A stretch of DNA of 64,000 nt from an uncultured Chloroflexia bacterium (lineage in GTDB: Bacteria > Chloroflexota > Dehalococcoidia > GIF9 > UBA5629). How positions within the stretch are numbered: position 1 is the first letter of the stretch; each line of letters opens with the position of its first letter. Positions 37,967 to 47,997 of this stretch are shown here, piece after piece. Where the stretch lies: NCBI GenBank assembly GCA_963752975.1, contig CAVWAG010000010.1, positions 101,292-165,291 on the forward strand, read 5' to 3'. Position numbers and translations under genes: made by a program. The notes beneath the pieces are model-generated. The model was not told the DNA's origin. It was given only the letters and a program-made list of their open reading frames with translations, and did not search any database.

Positions 37967-40288
37967 ATGGCTGGCTTACGGCCGGGGGGAGATAGTCATA
38001 TGGAGATTTACCGGGACGGTTCTAAACAGGTGCCCGAAAGGGTAGCTGATCTGCTCGCCAAAATGACGCTGCCGGAGAAGATTGCCCAGATCGGCTCGAT
38101 CTGGGCAATGGAGGTGCTGGAAGACAGGAGGTTTTCAAGGGAGAAAGCTTTAAAGCTGATTAAAAATGGGTTGGGAGGGATCAGCCGTGCCGGGGTCGGT
38201 ACTGGCCTGGAACCCGGCCGGATAGCCGTTTTTGTCAATGACCTGCAGAGGTTCCTGGTGGAAAATACCAGGCTGGGCATTCCCGCCATAGTTCACGAGG
38301 AATGCCTGACAGGCTTCATGGCCAGGGCGGCCACCATGTTTCCTCAGATAATCGGTATGGCCAGCACCTGGGAACCCGGTCTGGTGCAGAAGATGATGGA
38401 GGTGGCCAGGAGTCAAATGCTGGCCGTCGGTGTGCGCCAGGGACTCTCCCCGGTGTTGGATGTAGCCCGGGACCCAAGATGGGGCAGGATGGAGGAAACC
38501 TTCGGCGAAGATCCTTATCTCATAGCGAGAATGGGTGTGGCCTACGTCCGGGGATTGCAGGGCGATGATATCGGTAACGGGGTTATCTCCACCGTAAAGC
38601 ATTTCGCCGGGTACGGCAAGCCGGAGGCAGGCCTTAACCACGCGCCCTCCGATATCCCGCCGCGCATGCTGCGGGAAGTGTATCTTTATCCTTTTGAAAA
38701 GGCGGTCAGGGAGGGTGGTGCGTTCTCTGTCATGAATGCCTACCAGGAAATAGACGGGATGCCCTGCGCGGCATCCCGGGAAATGTTGACAACCATACTG
38801 CGTAACGAGTGGGGGTTCGATGGAATGGTGGTGTCTGACTACTACGCGGTGCTCATGTTGCATACTTTCCACCGCATAGCATCAGACCGGGTAGAGGCTG
38901 CCCGTCTGGCGCTGTCTGCGGGGATAGACATGGAACTTCCCAAGAACGACTGCTATACGGCAAGGCTTGTAGAGAAAGTTGCCGCCGGAAAATTCACGGT
39001 TGACATAATAGACCGTGCTGTCGCCAGGGTGCTCAAGATGAAATTCAGGCTCGGGCTTTTCGAGAAACCGTATGTTGAGAGTCCCGACGTAACGAAGATA
39101 TTCGATACCGTTGATAACCGTGCCCTGGCGTTGGAAGCGGCTCGCAAATCTATAGTGCTTTTAAAGAACGAGAATAACCTGTTGCCGCTGAATAAGGGAG
39201 CAGGGACGATTGCCGTTATCGGTCCCAACGCCGATAGTGCCAGGAACCAGCTCGGGGACTATACGTACCCGGGGCATATAGGCATAACCGCTATGACAGC
39301 GGATTCCCTTGGTTGCAGGCTGCCGGCGGAAGATGTACAACCGGATAGCATTCCTGTGAGGGTGGTGACGCTGCTGGAAGGAATAAAAAATAGTCTGCAT
39401 GGAGGGGCAAGAGTTCTATACGCCGCAGGCTGCGGCGTTTGCGATGGGTCCGATGATGGTATCGCTGGGGCTGTGGGCATTGCCAGGCGGGCTGACTTCG
39501 TTATTTTAGCGGTTGGCGGTAAATCGGGATTGATGCCTGATTGCACCTGTGGAGAGATGCGCGATTCTGCTGACCTGCGCTTGCCCGGGGCACAGGAGCA
39601 ACTTATCAAGGCTGTGTATGAAACAGGCAGGCCAATCGTCCTAGTGATCATGGATGGCAGGCCGCTGGTATTGGGTTGGATGGCTGACAAAATACCCGCC
39701 ATTCTGATGGCCTGGAAGCCGGGCGAGGAAGGCGGGAACGCCGTGGCTGACGTGCTCTTTGGAGATTATAACCCGGGTGCCAAATTACCGGTGACCTTCC
39801 CCAGGAGCGTTGGCCAGGTGCCTGTTTACTACGGCATCCGGCCATCGGGGGGCAAATCGCAGTTCTGGGGCGATTATACCGACTGCCAGGCGGCTCCCCG
39901 GTATGAATTCGGATACGGCCTGAGTTACACCACTTTTGCCTTGAGCAACCTTCATATTTCGCCTTCCCGCGTTAACAAAAATGACACTGTGGTCATAAAG
40001 GCAGATGTCAAAAATACCGGCGGCCGGCAGGGCGACGAAGTTATACAATTGTATATCAACGATGTCGTTTCCAGCCTGACGCGCCCGGTGCTGCAGTTGA
40101 AAGGGTTCCGGCGCTTATCGCTGCAACCCGGCGAGAACGCTGCGGTAGAATTTGCTCTACCGGTTAAAGAGCTTGCCTATTACGACCTTAATATGCAACT
40201 GGCAGTTGAGCCCGGAGTATTTAGAGTAATGGTGGGCACGTCATCTAAAAATTTAACGCTCATCGGGCAATTTGAGGTGAAAGAATAA
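37967..40288 (+). CDS. Glycoside hydrolase family 3 beta-glucosidase/beta-xylosidase (BglX-like) with an Fn3-like C-terminus.
   Basis: Has GH3 N and C domains with the SDW/SDY catalytic region (MVVSDYYA). Confidence 0.8.
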   Translation: MAGLRPGGDSHMEIYRDGSKQVPERVADLLAKMTLPEKIAQIGSIWAMEVLEDRRFSREKALKLIKNGLGGISRAGVGTGLEPGRIAVFVNDLQRFLVENTRLGIPAIVHEECLTGFMARAATMFPQIIGMASTWEPGLVQKMMEVARSQMLAVGVRQGLSPVLDVARDPRWGRMEETFGEDPYLIARMGVAYVRGLQGDDIGNGVISTVKHFAGYGKPEAGLNHAPSDIPPRMLREVYLYPFEKAVREGGAFSVMNAYQEIDGMPCAASREMLTTILRNEWGFDGMVVSDYYAVLMLHTFHRIASDRVEAARLALSAGIDMELPKNDCYTARLVEKVAAGKFTVDIIDRAVARVLKMKFRLGLFEKPYVESPDVTKIFDTVDNRALALEAARKSIVLLKNENNLLPLNKGAGTIAVIGPNADSARNQLGDYTYPGHIGITAMTADSLGCRLPAEDVQPDSIPVRVVTLLEGIKNSLHGGARVLYAAGCGVCDGSDDGIAGAVGIARRADFVILAVGGKSGLMPDCTCGEMRDSADLRLPGAQEQLIKAVYETGRPIVLVIMDGRPLVLGWMADKIPAILMAWKPGEEGGNAVADVLFGDYNPGAKLPVTFPRSVGQVPVYYGIRPSGGKSQFWGDYTDCQAAPRYEFGYGLSYTTFALSNLHISPSRVNKNDTVVIKADVKNTGGRQGDEVIQLYINDVVSSLTRPVLQLKGFRRLSLQPGENAAVEFALPVKELAYYDLNMQLAVEPGVFRVMVGTSSKNLTLIGQFEVKE

Positions 40289-40289
40289 T

Positions 40290-42590
40290 ATGATCAAGCA
40301 GATTTTATTGATTGCCCTGCTCATAGGCTTAGCAGTCTTAACTTACCTGTTGTTTTACCCGGGGGCCGTTTTTGTGCTGGCCGTTTTAATAGAGGTAGTC
40401 CTTTATGCCGGCTCCGCCCTTACACTATTTCTCTGGCGGAGAAGCAAATGGCGCATTGCGGTCTTATCTATATTCAGCATCATGTTTCTGTCGCTCGCCA
40501 TATTGGGATGTCTAAAGCTGTCAGAAAGCTTCCGCTGGATCAATCAAAACCCGGACGTTTACCCTGATGGCAAAATCGTGGAAGGTTCGACGGGCGGGAT
40601 TACATCCCTCGATACCGTCATAGCGGAACGCAATACATACGTAACACCCAGACTAACGTTCCGCGCCGGAGAGAAAGGGATAAGCCAGGGCGGCGGCATT
40701 ATCTTACGTCTCGGCAAAATAATCCCAGTAGGTGGGGCACCCAGGTTTTATGACTGTACATACCAGGATATGTTCAACAGTACCCTTCAGATAAATGATC
40801 CTGCCGGGCAGGGATTTGTCAGCGTTACGGCGCCTGCCGGGATCAAGATTTCCCTGAGCAAGCCGGATGCTCCCAATACCAGGGATTTCCTGCTCAATGC
40901 GTTCGTGACTGCCTGCGGTCCATACCGCAGTGATCCAAGCTCTCCCATCTATTACCAGCTGAACGCTGCACGCCGGCACGAGGTACATCTCAAGCTGGCC
41001 GAAGGCAACCTGAGACCGGGTGAGGCCGTTGAATTGATCCTCGGAGACAGGTCAGGTGGCGGGCCGGGCTGGATGATGCCTGCCGGCGAGGCGGATGCCG
41101 ACCTGGTCGTCTATGCCGACGATTCGGGGAGAGGGGAATACCGCGTTGTCCCCTCATATGCCACGCTGGAGGTCGGGGGAGGCCCGGCAGCTTCGCTGAA
41201 AGTGATCTCTCCCAGTACGCCCGGCCTGAATAAGGAATTCACTTTTGTGGTCAGGGCGGAAGACAATGACGGTTTTCTATCGATGAAATATACCGGTACG
41301 GTTAGCATACCCCCGCAAGATGGAATAGAATTCGGCTCAAGCACATATACCTTCCATGCGGCGGATAAGGGCGCGGCCAAGCTTACGGCACGTGTTACCA
41401 AACCCGGGACATATAATTTGAGCCTGCGTGATGAGGTAACGGGCAAAACCTACAGCAGCAACCCTATTATGGTCGGGGAAACAGCGGGCGCACATATTTA
41501 CTGGGGTGACCTGCATCAGCATGATACCATGGGAAAAGACGCCAACCGGGTGCCGGAATGGGTTTTCCAGAGGAACAAAAATGTTGATGGCTTCGATTTC
41601 GCCGCAATCAGTATCCATGACCTGTTTGAATACTGGGGTCTACCGCCTGATCCAGATGAGCTAAGCTATCTGAGTGATCTGACAGAAAAATACAATGATA
41701 CCGGGAAATTTGTCACTTTTCACGGATACGAGTGGACCAATCTGCCTCAGGGACACCGCAATATATATTTTGCAGAGGGCGAGACGCCCGTCCTTTTCTC
41801 TTACGATAAGGTTAAAAGCCCGGATGCGCTCCGTACCTCCCTGGCGGGCAAGCGCTACCTGGTGATTCCGCATCATACTGCCTGGCGCTTTATGTATTCC
41901 AACAGTCCCTACAACTGGGGCCCGCCGGATTGGGAGGAAGCACGCCTGGTCGAGATCTACTCCAAGCATGGCAGCAGCGATTTCTTCGAGGGCCCTTCTC
42001 CCATTCACCATGACGTCACGCCGTTCTTCATTTACCTTATGGGAGCGACCAGCAACAGGGCGCACAAAGGGGACGGCTCATATGTACGGGAAGCTCTGGC
42101 AAAGGGCTATAAGCTGGGGATCATAGCAGGAGGAGACAACCACTGGGCCAGGGGCAGCAAATCATTCGGAACGGGCATGACACAGGACTATCCCAACGGA
42201 CTGCAGGCCGTCATCGCAACGGATTTGACACGCGCCGGTCTCTATGATGCCATGTGGCAGCGTCATACCTACGGCACTACCGGCGCACGCATCATCATCG
42301 ACTTTAAGGTTAACGGTTCGCTCATGGGTTCGGAAATAAAGGCTGACAACGGCAACCCGCCCATCATTTATTACATGGTAAAGGGGACTGCCCCGGTTCA
42401 GAAAATTGAGATCTGGAAATACTCGAAATCAAAGGGATACGAGGTGTTTAATTTCGAGGGCAAAGGTATGCCGGCTATGGAAAATCAATTCAGCGACGAT
42501 GAGTTTGGCCAGGACTCGTTTTATTTCATGAAAGTGGTTCAGGAGGATGGCAACCTGGCATGGTCAAGCCCTGTATGGGTGCAAAAGTGA
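40290..42590 (+). CDS. Membrane-anchored DUF3604/PHP-like putative metal-dependent hydrolase.
   Basis: Has an N-terminal transmembrane segment. The PHP-like motif YWGDLHQHDTMGKD is followed by further His-rich motifs (HGYEWT, IPHHTAW). Its start overlaps the GH3 stop (TAATATG). Confidence 0.5.
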   Translation: MIKQILLIALLIGLAVLTYLLFYPGAVFVLAVLIEVVLYAGSALTLFLWRRSKWRIAVLSIFSIMFLSLAILGCLKLSESFRWINQNPDVYPDGKIVEGSTGGITSLDTVIAERNTYVTPRLTFRAGEKGISQGGGIILRLGKIIPVGGAPRFYDCTYQDMFNSTLQINDPAGQGFVSVTAPAGIKISLSKPDAPNTRDFLLNAFVTACGPYRSDPSSPIYYQLNAARRHEVHLKLAEGNLRPGEAVELILGDRSGGGPGWMMPAGEADADLVVYADDSGRGEYRVVPSYATLEVGGGPAASLKVISPSTPGLNKEFTFVVRAEDNDGFLSMKYTGTVSIPPQDGIEFGSSTYTFHAADKGAAKLTARVTKPGTYNLSLRDEVTGKTYSSNPIMVGETAGAHIYWGDLHQHDTMGKDANRVPEWVFQRNKNVDGFDFAAISIHDLFEYWGLPPDPDELSYLSDLTEKYNDTGKFVTFHGYEWTNLPQGHRNIYFAEGETPVLFSYDKVKSPDALRTSLAGKRYLVIPHHTAWRFMYSNSPYNWGPPDWEEARLVEIYSKHGSSDFFEGPSPIHHDVTPFFIYLMGATSNRAHKGDGSYVREALAKGYKLGIIAGGDNHWARGSKSFGTGMTQDYPNGLQAVIATDLTRAGLYDAMWQRHTYGTTGARIIIDFKVNGSLMGSEIKADNGNPPIIYYMVKGTAPVQKIEIWKYSKSKGYEVFNFEGKGMPAMENQFSDDEFGQDSFYFMKVVQEDGNLAWSSPVWVQK

Positions 42591-42617
42591 GCGGCGCTAA
42601 ACCTCACGGCTGCTGCT

Positions 42618-43769
42618 TCATGGATTGAAGACCGTAAACTTGCCGTTCCTGATAATCTGAACTATCGATGGATGGACCGGTTCACGCGAACCGTCGAAGC
42701 TAAAAGAGCCGAGGGGTGTGGTGAAGTTAGCGATTTCCGCCAATGCGTTGCGGATAGCGCCGGGTTCGCCGCTTCGGCCTGTCCGCACGGCATTTGCGAT
42801 AAGCCAGGTACCTGTATAAGCCTGGGCGGCAAATTGATCCGGTTGAACCCCATAGGCCTTCTGGAAAGCCGAGATGAAGGCCAGGTTCCTGGGGTTGGTA
42901 TTGCCGATATTCCAGGCAGTGCCGGCCATTACACCTTCAGCATCGCTACCCGCCTGCGTGATAAGATCGGGCGAGTTAAAGCCGTTGCCCCCGATGATCA
43001 GTCCGGTGTAGCCGAGCGCACGAGACTGCTTGATGATCGGTGAGGCTTCTCTGGCCAGCGCTGACACCAATATCGCGTCCGGTTCACGCGCGATGATTTT
43101 CTCAAGCTGTGTTTTGAAATCCGTGTCACCGCGCGCAAAGGTTTCATCAGCAAGTACCTGCAGGCCGTTCTTTTCTACGGCGTCGCGGAAAGCCTGGTAT
43201 CCGGCCCGGGTGTAGTCGTCATCACTCCCCCAAAGATAAGCAACCTTAACGATGCGGAGCTGGCTGGCTGCCGCCTTGATGGTGCCGCCTATGACCGTTG
43301 ATTCAGGCAGGCTGCAGCGGAAGATATAGTCCCCCATCGCGGTGATTCCCGGCACAGTATTGCTCACCGCCATGACAGGTATGCTGTTTTTCTGTGCCTC
43401 GGGGTCAGCCTTAAAAGCCTGCGACGATAGTGTCGGCCCGATGATTGCTGCCACCTTGTTATCGCTGATCAATGTGGAAATTGCTGCGGCTGCGGAGTCG
43501 CCTGAGGACCCTCCGTCTATTACCACTAACCGTAACTCCCTGTTGCCAGCCAGGTAATTGCTGTCATTTACCTCCCTGACCGCTAACTCGATGCCCTTTT
43601 TCTGTGAAACCCCGTACGCCGCAGCATCCCCGCTTAACCCCAGCAGGGCGCCAATGGTAACGTATGACCTCTGATCAACCTTTGCAGCGGTATCCTGCGC
43701 AGCAGTATTGCATGCAGAAGTGATCAAAGCGCATAGCGTAATAGCCAGGATCAGACGTATTTTATCCAA
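42618..43769 (-). CDS. Periplasmic substrate-binding protein, LivJ/K-like (Peripla_BP_6), a lipoprotein with no ABC transporter partner.
   Basis: Has a signal peptide and a lipobox (ITSAC). Shows type-I periplasmic binding protein architecture. No cognate permease or ATPase is nearby. Confidence 0.65.
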   Translation of the reverse strand: MDKIRLILAITLCALITSACNTAAQDTAAKVDQRSYVTIGALLGLSGDAAAYGVSQKKGIELAVREVNDSNYLAGNRELRLVVIDGGSSGDSAAAAISTLISDNKVAAIIGPTLSSQAFKADPEAQKNSIPVMAVSNTVPGITAMGDYIFRCSLPESTVIGGTIKAAASQLRIVKVAYLWGSDDDYTRAGYQAFRDAVEKNGLQVLADETFARGDTDFKTQLEKIIAREPDAILVSALAREASPIIKQSRALGYTGLIIGGNGFNSPDLITQAGSDAEGVMAGTAWNIGNTNPRNLAFISAFQKAYGVQPDQFAAQAYTGTWLIANAVRTGRSGEPGAIRNALAEIANFTTPLGSFSFDGSREPVHPSIVQIIRNGKFTVFNP

Positions 43770-43792
43770 TTTAAAATTTCAAAATAAATAAT

Positions 43793-44242
43793 TCAGTCGA
43801 GATCTATAGCCTCTTTGCACTGGCGGCATTTCTTGGCGCCCCGGAACTGGGGGAAGCCGCAATGAGGGCAGACATAGCGCTTCTCCTCTTCAGACATCCA
43901 TTTTTCGGTGCTAACCTCTTTCCAGCGTGGGATTGAGCGTAGGATGACCTTCTTGCCCACCGGTACGGGGAAATTATCGATGAATTTGCAGGGGAAATCG
44001 CTGCACTGGTGGCAGCCCTCAATTTTCTTGTCCCGGCAGCAGGACTTGATGGGGCATACCTGGCAGTATCCGAAAACACGTTCAGACAGGCACCCATCGC
44101 ACACCAGGTCCTCTGGTTTGGAGCCGTAAACGGGCGCAAGCTTCTCCTTGAATTTCTCGTTATTGTCGCGTGTAGCTATGAATATGCCGCAAACACCGCA
44201 ATAAAGGCCGCAGGGAGCCGCCAGGGCTTTATTACCGGACAT
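43793..44242 (-). CDS. DUF3795-family cysteine-rich (zinc-binding) protein.
   Basis: Has multiple CxxC pairs with the CGLYCGVCGIF N-terminal signature. Confidence 0.55.
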   Translation of the reverse strand: MSGNKALAAPCGLYCGVCGIFIATRDNNEKFKEKLAPVYGSKPEDLVCDGCLSERVFGYCQVCPIKSCCRDKKIEGCHQCSDFPCKFIDNFPVPVGKKVILRSIPRWKEVSTEKWMSEEEKRYVCPHCGFPQFRGAKKCRQCKEAIDLD

Positions 44243-44388
44243 ATGTTGCCACCCCCTCTCGCTTGATGCAGGTAATTATAGGCTCTACCAGCTATGTTTA
44301 CAAGCAATGTAACAGATTTGTCGCCGCTATGCCGCTGGTGTAGAATTGCATGCTAACGCCGGGATATATTTGCAAGGAGGATAACTAA

Positions 44389-44975
44389 ATGAAATCTACC
44401 TGGGGATGCGTGCTGGCGGCGGTAGGCGCCGTTGTCGTCGTGGCTATTATTATCGTGGTCTCCCTGATGGGCATATATAACGGGCTGGTAACCAAATCTC
44501 AGGCCATAGATGCCCAGTGGGCACAGGTGGAAACTCAGTACCAGAGGCGCTTCGACCTGATCCCCAACCTGGTTAATGCGGTCAAGGGCATGATGAAGCA
44601 GGAGCAGACGGTATTCCAGGCCATCGCGGATGCCAGGACCAAGTACGGCGCTGCACAGACTGTGGATGCCAAGGCTGCGGCAGCAGGTGAAGTGGAAACT
44701 TCCCTGGGACGCCTGATAGCCGTCATGGAGAATTACCCTGACCTCAAATCCAGCCAGACGGTAATAAACCTTATGGATGAGCTGGCCGGAACGGAAAACC
44801 GCATCAGTGTCGAGCGCCGGCGCTTTAATGATCTGGTACAGGAATATAATACACAGATAAAAACCTTCCCCACCAATATGCTGGCCGGTATGTTCGGTTT
44901 CACACAGAAGCAATACTTCCAATCTGTAACCGGCGCTGATGTTGCCGCCCAAAGTGGAGTTTTAGTGAAGCGCTT
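44389..44975 (+). CDS. lemA: LemA family membrane protein.
   Basis: Has an N-terminal transmembrane segment and LemA core motifs (QWAQVETQYQRRFDLIPNLV). The natural C-terminus is unclear because the frame reads through into the next gene's signal peptide. Confidence 0.7.
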
Positions 44976-45897
44976 ATGGCCTCTTCTGGTACTGGCGGCC
45001 TGCCTGGCTGTCATTGTGATGCCAGCTGGCAGCCGCACTGGCAGCAGGGGCCGAATTTCCCGGAATACCAGGGTTTTGTAAACGATTACGCCGGGCTGCT
45101 GTCACCGGCGGTTAAAACACAGCTTGACGCCACGCTTACGCAGCTGGAAAAGGATACGACTGCCGAAGTGGCCGTAGTTACGGTGAAAAGCCTGGAAGGC
45201 GACGACATTGACGATTACGCCGTCAGGCTTTTCGAGAAATGGAAGATAGGTAAAAAGGGCAAGGACAATGGTGTGCTCTTCCTGGTCGCCCTGGATGAAC
45301 GCAAAATGAGGATCGAGGTAGGGTATGGGCTTGGAACCGGTTATAACCGACGGGCGTGCCGGCAGGATCCGTGACAATGATGTGATACCCAAGTTTAAAA
45401 ATAACGATTATGAGGGAGGGATAACGGCAGGGGTGGCCTCGATAGAGAAATATATCAGGGATGGCACTCCGCCCGCCCCGCTGGAGGAAAACCCTGTGAA
45501 ATCCGCCCTGGGTGATTGGACAGGCGTATTATTTTTCCTGACGATTATAACTGTTTACCTGTCCGGCTTCATGGCCCGCAGCAAAAGCATCTGGATGGGT
45601 GGCATATGGGGTGCTGTAGCTGGAATAATCCTGGGATTGGTCATCGGCGGCATTGCAGCACTTATTGCGGCGCCGCTGATATTGGCTGGATTGGGACTGC
45701 TGATGGATTTCATCTTGTCCAGGAATTATCAGAAGCTGCAGGAATCGGGCAAAGCTACCGACTGGCACAAGACGGGAGGTGGGTTCTGGGGCCCTGGTGG
45801 TTTTGGGGGTGGCGGAGGTGGCGGAGGTGGTGGAGGTGGTTTTGGCGGATTCGGTGGTGGCGGTTCGGGCGGCGGCGGCGCCGGCGGCGGCTGGTGA
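44965..45897 (+). CDS. TPM-domain (YgcG/TLP18.3-like) protein with a signal peptide, a C-terminal transmembrane segment and a Gly-rich tail. Two compensating frameshifts are apparent.
   Basis: The signal peptide (KRLWPLLVLAACLAVIVMPAGS) is in frame 1. The TPM core (FVNDYAGLLSP...RIEVGYGL) is in frame 0. The segment from EPVITDG...PKFKNNDYEGG through the transmembrane helix and the GGGFGGG tail returns to frame 1. Confidence 0.6.
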
Positions 45898-45976
45898 TTC
45901 TATATAAGTATTAAAGAGTAAGGGCTCCTTCATCTGAAGGAGCCCTCTCTATTTTGATTTCTGAACCGTATGGTTG

Positions 45977-47185
45977 TTAGTATGGCCTGGGCAGGCCGAG
46001 CTTGAACTGGCCGATAACGTTCTTCTGTATCTCTATGGTGCCGGCTGCGCTGAACCAGCCTGCATTGAGCAGGTAGAGGTTCTGCAGCCGACCCTTCAGC
46101 TTCGCCCACTTTGAATCAGGGCTGACCTGCGAGTAGGCCCCGATTATCTCGAGTCCTGTCTTGGCCAGGTTCTCGGTGACTAAGTTACTGTAAAGCTTGT
46201 TTCTGGCAGCCTCGTAACCGGGCATCTTGCCGGTGCTCATCTTCCACATAATCTCGAGTCCGAAGGTGCGCAGCGTCTCCAGTTCTATGGCCCTTTCGGC
46301 AAGCTTGTTGCGTACGATCTGGTTTGCGCTCAATGGCTGGCCTTTGTCATATGTTTCCCTGGCATAGCGCACGAGCATATCGATCAGGCGCCTGCCGTTT
46401 CCCAGAATATGCGGGGCCATGGACAGCCGTTCGATGGCCAGGGCCGGGATGAGCATATAAAAGCCCTTGTTCTCCTCGCCCACCAGGTTGGAAGCGGGAA
46501 CCCTGACATTGTCGAAGAAAAGTTCGTTGAAGCTGTGTACGCCCGCCAGGTTGACCAGGGGCCTCGTCGTTATGCCGGGGCTCTTCATATCAACGATGAT
46601 GATGCTCATGCTCTTGTGTATTTTGCTGATGGACGGATCGGTTTTGCAGGCCAGCCAGCACCAGCGTGCGCGGTGGGCGCAGCTTGTCCACACTTTCTGG
46701 CCGTTTATTACGTATTCGTCTCCCGAGCGGATAGCGGTGGTCTTGATCTTGTTATAGTCCGAGCCTGAATCAGGTTCACTATACGCCGTACACCAGATGC
46801 CGTCAGGGTCGCCGGAGGCGATGAGCGGCAGATATTTCTTTTTCTGCTCCTCGTTGCCGAAAAGCATCAGGCTGGGCCCGTTGATACCGGTGCCCGAGAT
46901 GCCCATGCCGGTGCCGGGTATCTCGTGATAGCCCGCTTCCTCCAGGTAGGCGAATTGTTCCCAGTATGACGCATTGCTGCCGCCGTACTGCTCCGGCCAG
47001 CCCATGCACAGCCAGCCTTTGTCCGCCAGCTTTTTGGATATACTCAGCGAGAACTCCCAGTCCTCATCGGCACTCTCCTCTTCCAGCATGGCAGTACGGT
47101 AGGGCTTGCCGGCTACCTCCGCAAGGGCGAATTTTCTGACTTCCGCCCTTAATTTTTCAGCCTTGGCTCCAAGTTCAAAATCCAT
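45977..47185 (-). CDS. Acyl-CoA dehydrogenase family protein.
   Basis: Has the ACAD N, middle and C-terminal domain pattern (CTAYSEPDSGSD, YVINGQKVWTS). Confidence 0.75.
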   Translation of the reverse strand: MDFELGAKAEKLRAEVRKFALAEVAGKPYRTAMLEEESADEDWEFSLSISKKLADKGWLCMGWPEQYGGSNASYWEQFAYLEEAGYHEIPGTGMGISGTGINGPSLMLFGNEEQKKKYLPLIASGDPDGIWCTAYSEPDSGSDYNKIKTTAIRSGDEYVINGQKVWTSCAHRARWCWLACKTDPSISKIHKSMSIIIVDMKSPGITTRPLVNLAGVHSFNELFFDNVRVPASNLVGEENKGFYMLIPALAIERLSMAPHILGNGRRLIDMLVRYARETYDKGQPLSANQIVRNKLAERAIELETLRTFGLEIMWKMSTGKMPGYEAARNKLYSNLVTENLAKTGLEIIGAYSQVSPDSKWAKLKGRLQNLYLLNAGWFSAAGTIEIQKNVIGQFKLGLPRPY

Positions 47186-47357
47186 TTTCAGCCTCCGGGG
47201 TTATCAGCATTGTGATAAATTTCGCGAGCAGGTAAAAACCGTTACCTATTGTATTATAAATTGCCTGCGATTGGTAGGGCGGATTCTATTTGCCAGCGGC
47301 GCGGTATAAATTTACAATATCCTTGTATTTCTGATTGAAGGTGAGAGAGTTGCAGCT

Positions 47358-47996
47358 ATGTCACAGGAATTAGGCAAGATAGAAAAACCGGAAGTCAACA
47401 GCTTCAAGCAAAACCGGAAAGTGCTACAGGTTCCCCTGGTATATGCCGGAAAGGACGCGCCGTCGGATTACCTTGAGCTTTTTGAGAAATACTGGCAGCA
47501 GGTGGCGGAGAATATCGCCAAACTGGAGAGCCGGTTGGGCAGAGTAACGGTTATCTTTCATGAAACTGTGAGTGCCGGGGGCGATGAAGGCCTCAAGATA
47601 CTGGAGACGCTCAACTTGAAAAGCTACGAACTTGCCTGCGGCCGGTGTAAAGGTGAAGCCAGGCTGCACTGCGTCGAGGACCAGGATATGCTCACCGAGG
47701 TCATGGACTGGGAGCGCTGCCTGGTGATGGGCCTGCTCAACGATAAGGTAGCCAGCCGGATTTACGAATTTTACACTGAGGCTACCCGAAAAAGGTACCA
47801 GTATATCAGCAAGGCCATTGACGAGGCATTAAAGGATGGAGATGTGGCGCTGCTGTTTATACGGGAAGGCCACCTGGTGCAGTTTCCCTCGGATATCGAT
47901 GTCTTCAGCGTGGCCCCTCCCGCGCTGGATGAGATACACCGCTGGGCGCGCGACCGCGCCGCCAAAAGGGAGAAGGGTCAGGAAAAGCCGGATTAA
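47358..47996 (+). CDS. Hypothetical protein.
   Basis: A 212-aa ORF with good coding periodicity and no recognisable motif. Confidence 0.4.
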   Translation: MSQELGKIEKPEVNSFKQNRKVLQVPLVYAGKDAPSDYLELFEKYWQQVAENIAKLESRLGRVTVIFHETVSAGGDEGLKILETLNLKSYELACGRCKGEARLHCVEDQDMLTEVMDWERCLVMGLLNDKVASRIYEFYTEATRKRYQYISKAIDEALKDGDVALLFIREGHLVQFPSDIDVFSVAPPALDEIHRWARDRAAKREKGQEKPD

Positions 47997-47997
47997 C

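Noticed and set aside
45516-45933. Overlapping + and - strand ORFs (132 and 134 aa) rich in W/R/G or A/T/S.
   Set aside because: They are artefacts of the GGC/GGT-repeat DNA that encodes the Gly-rich tail of the TPM-domain protein. They are alternative-frame readings of that low-complexity coding region.
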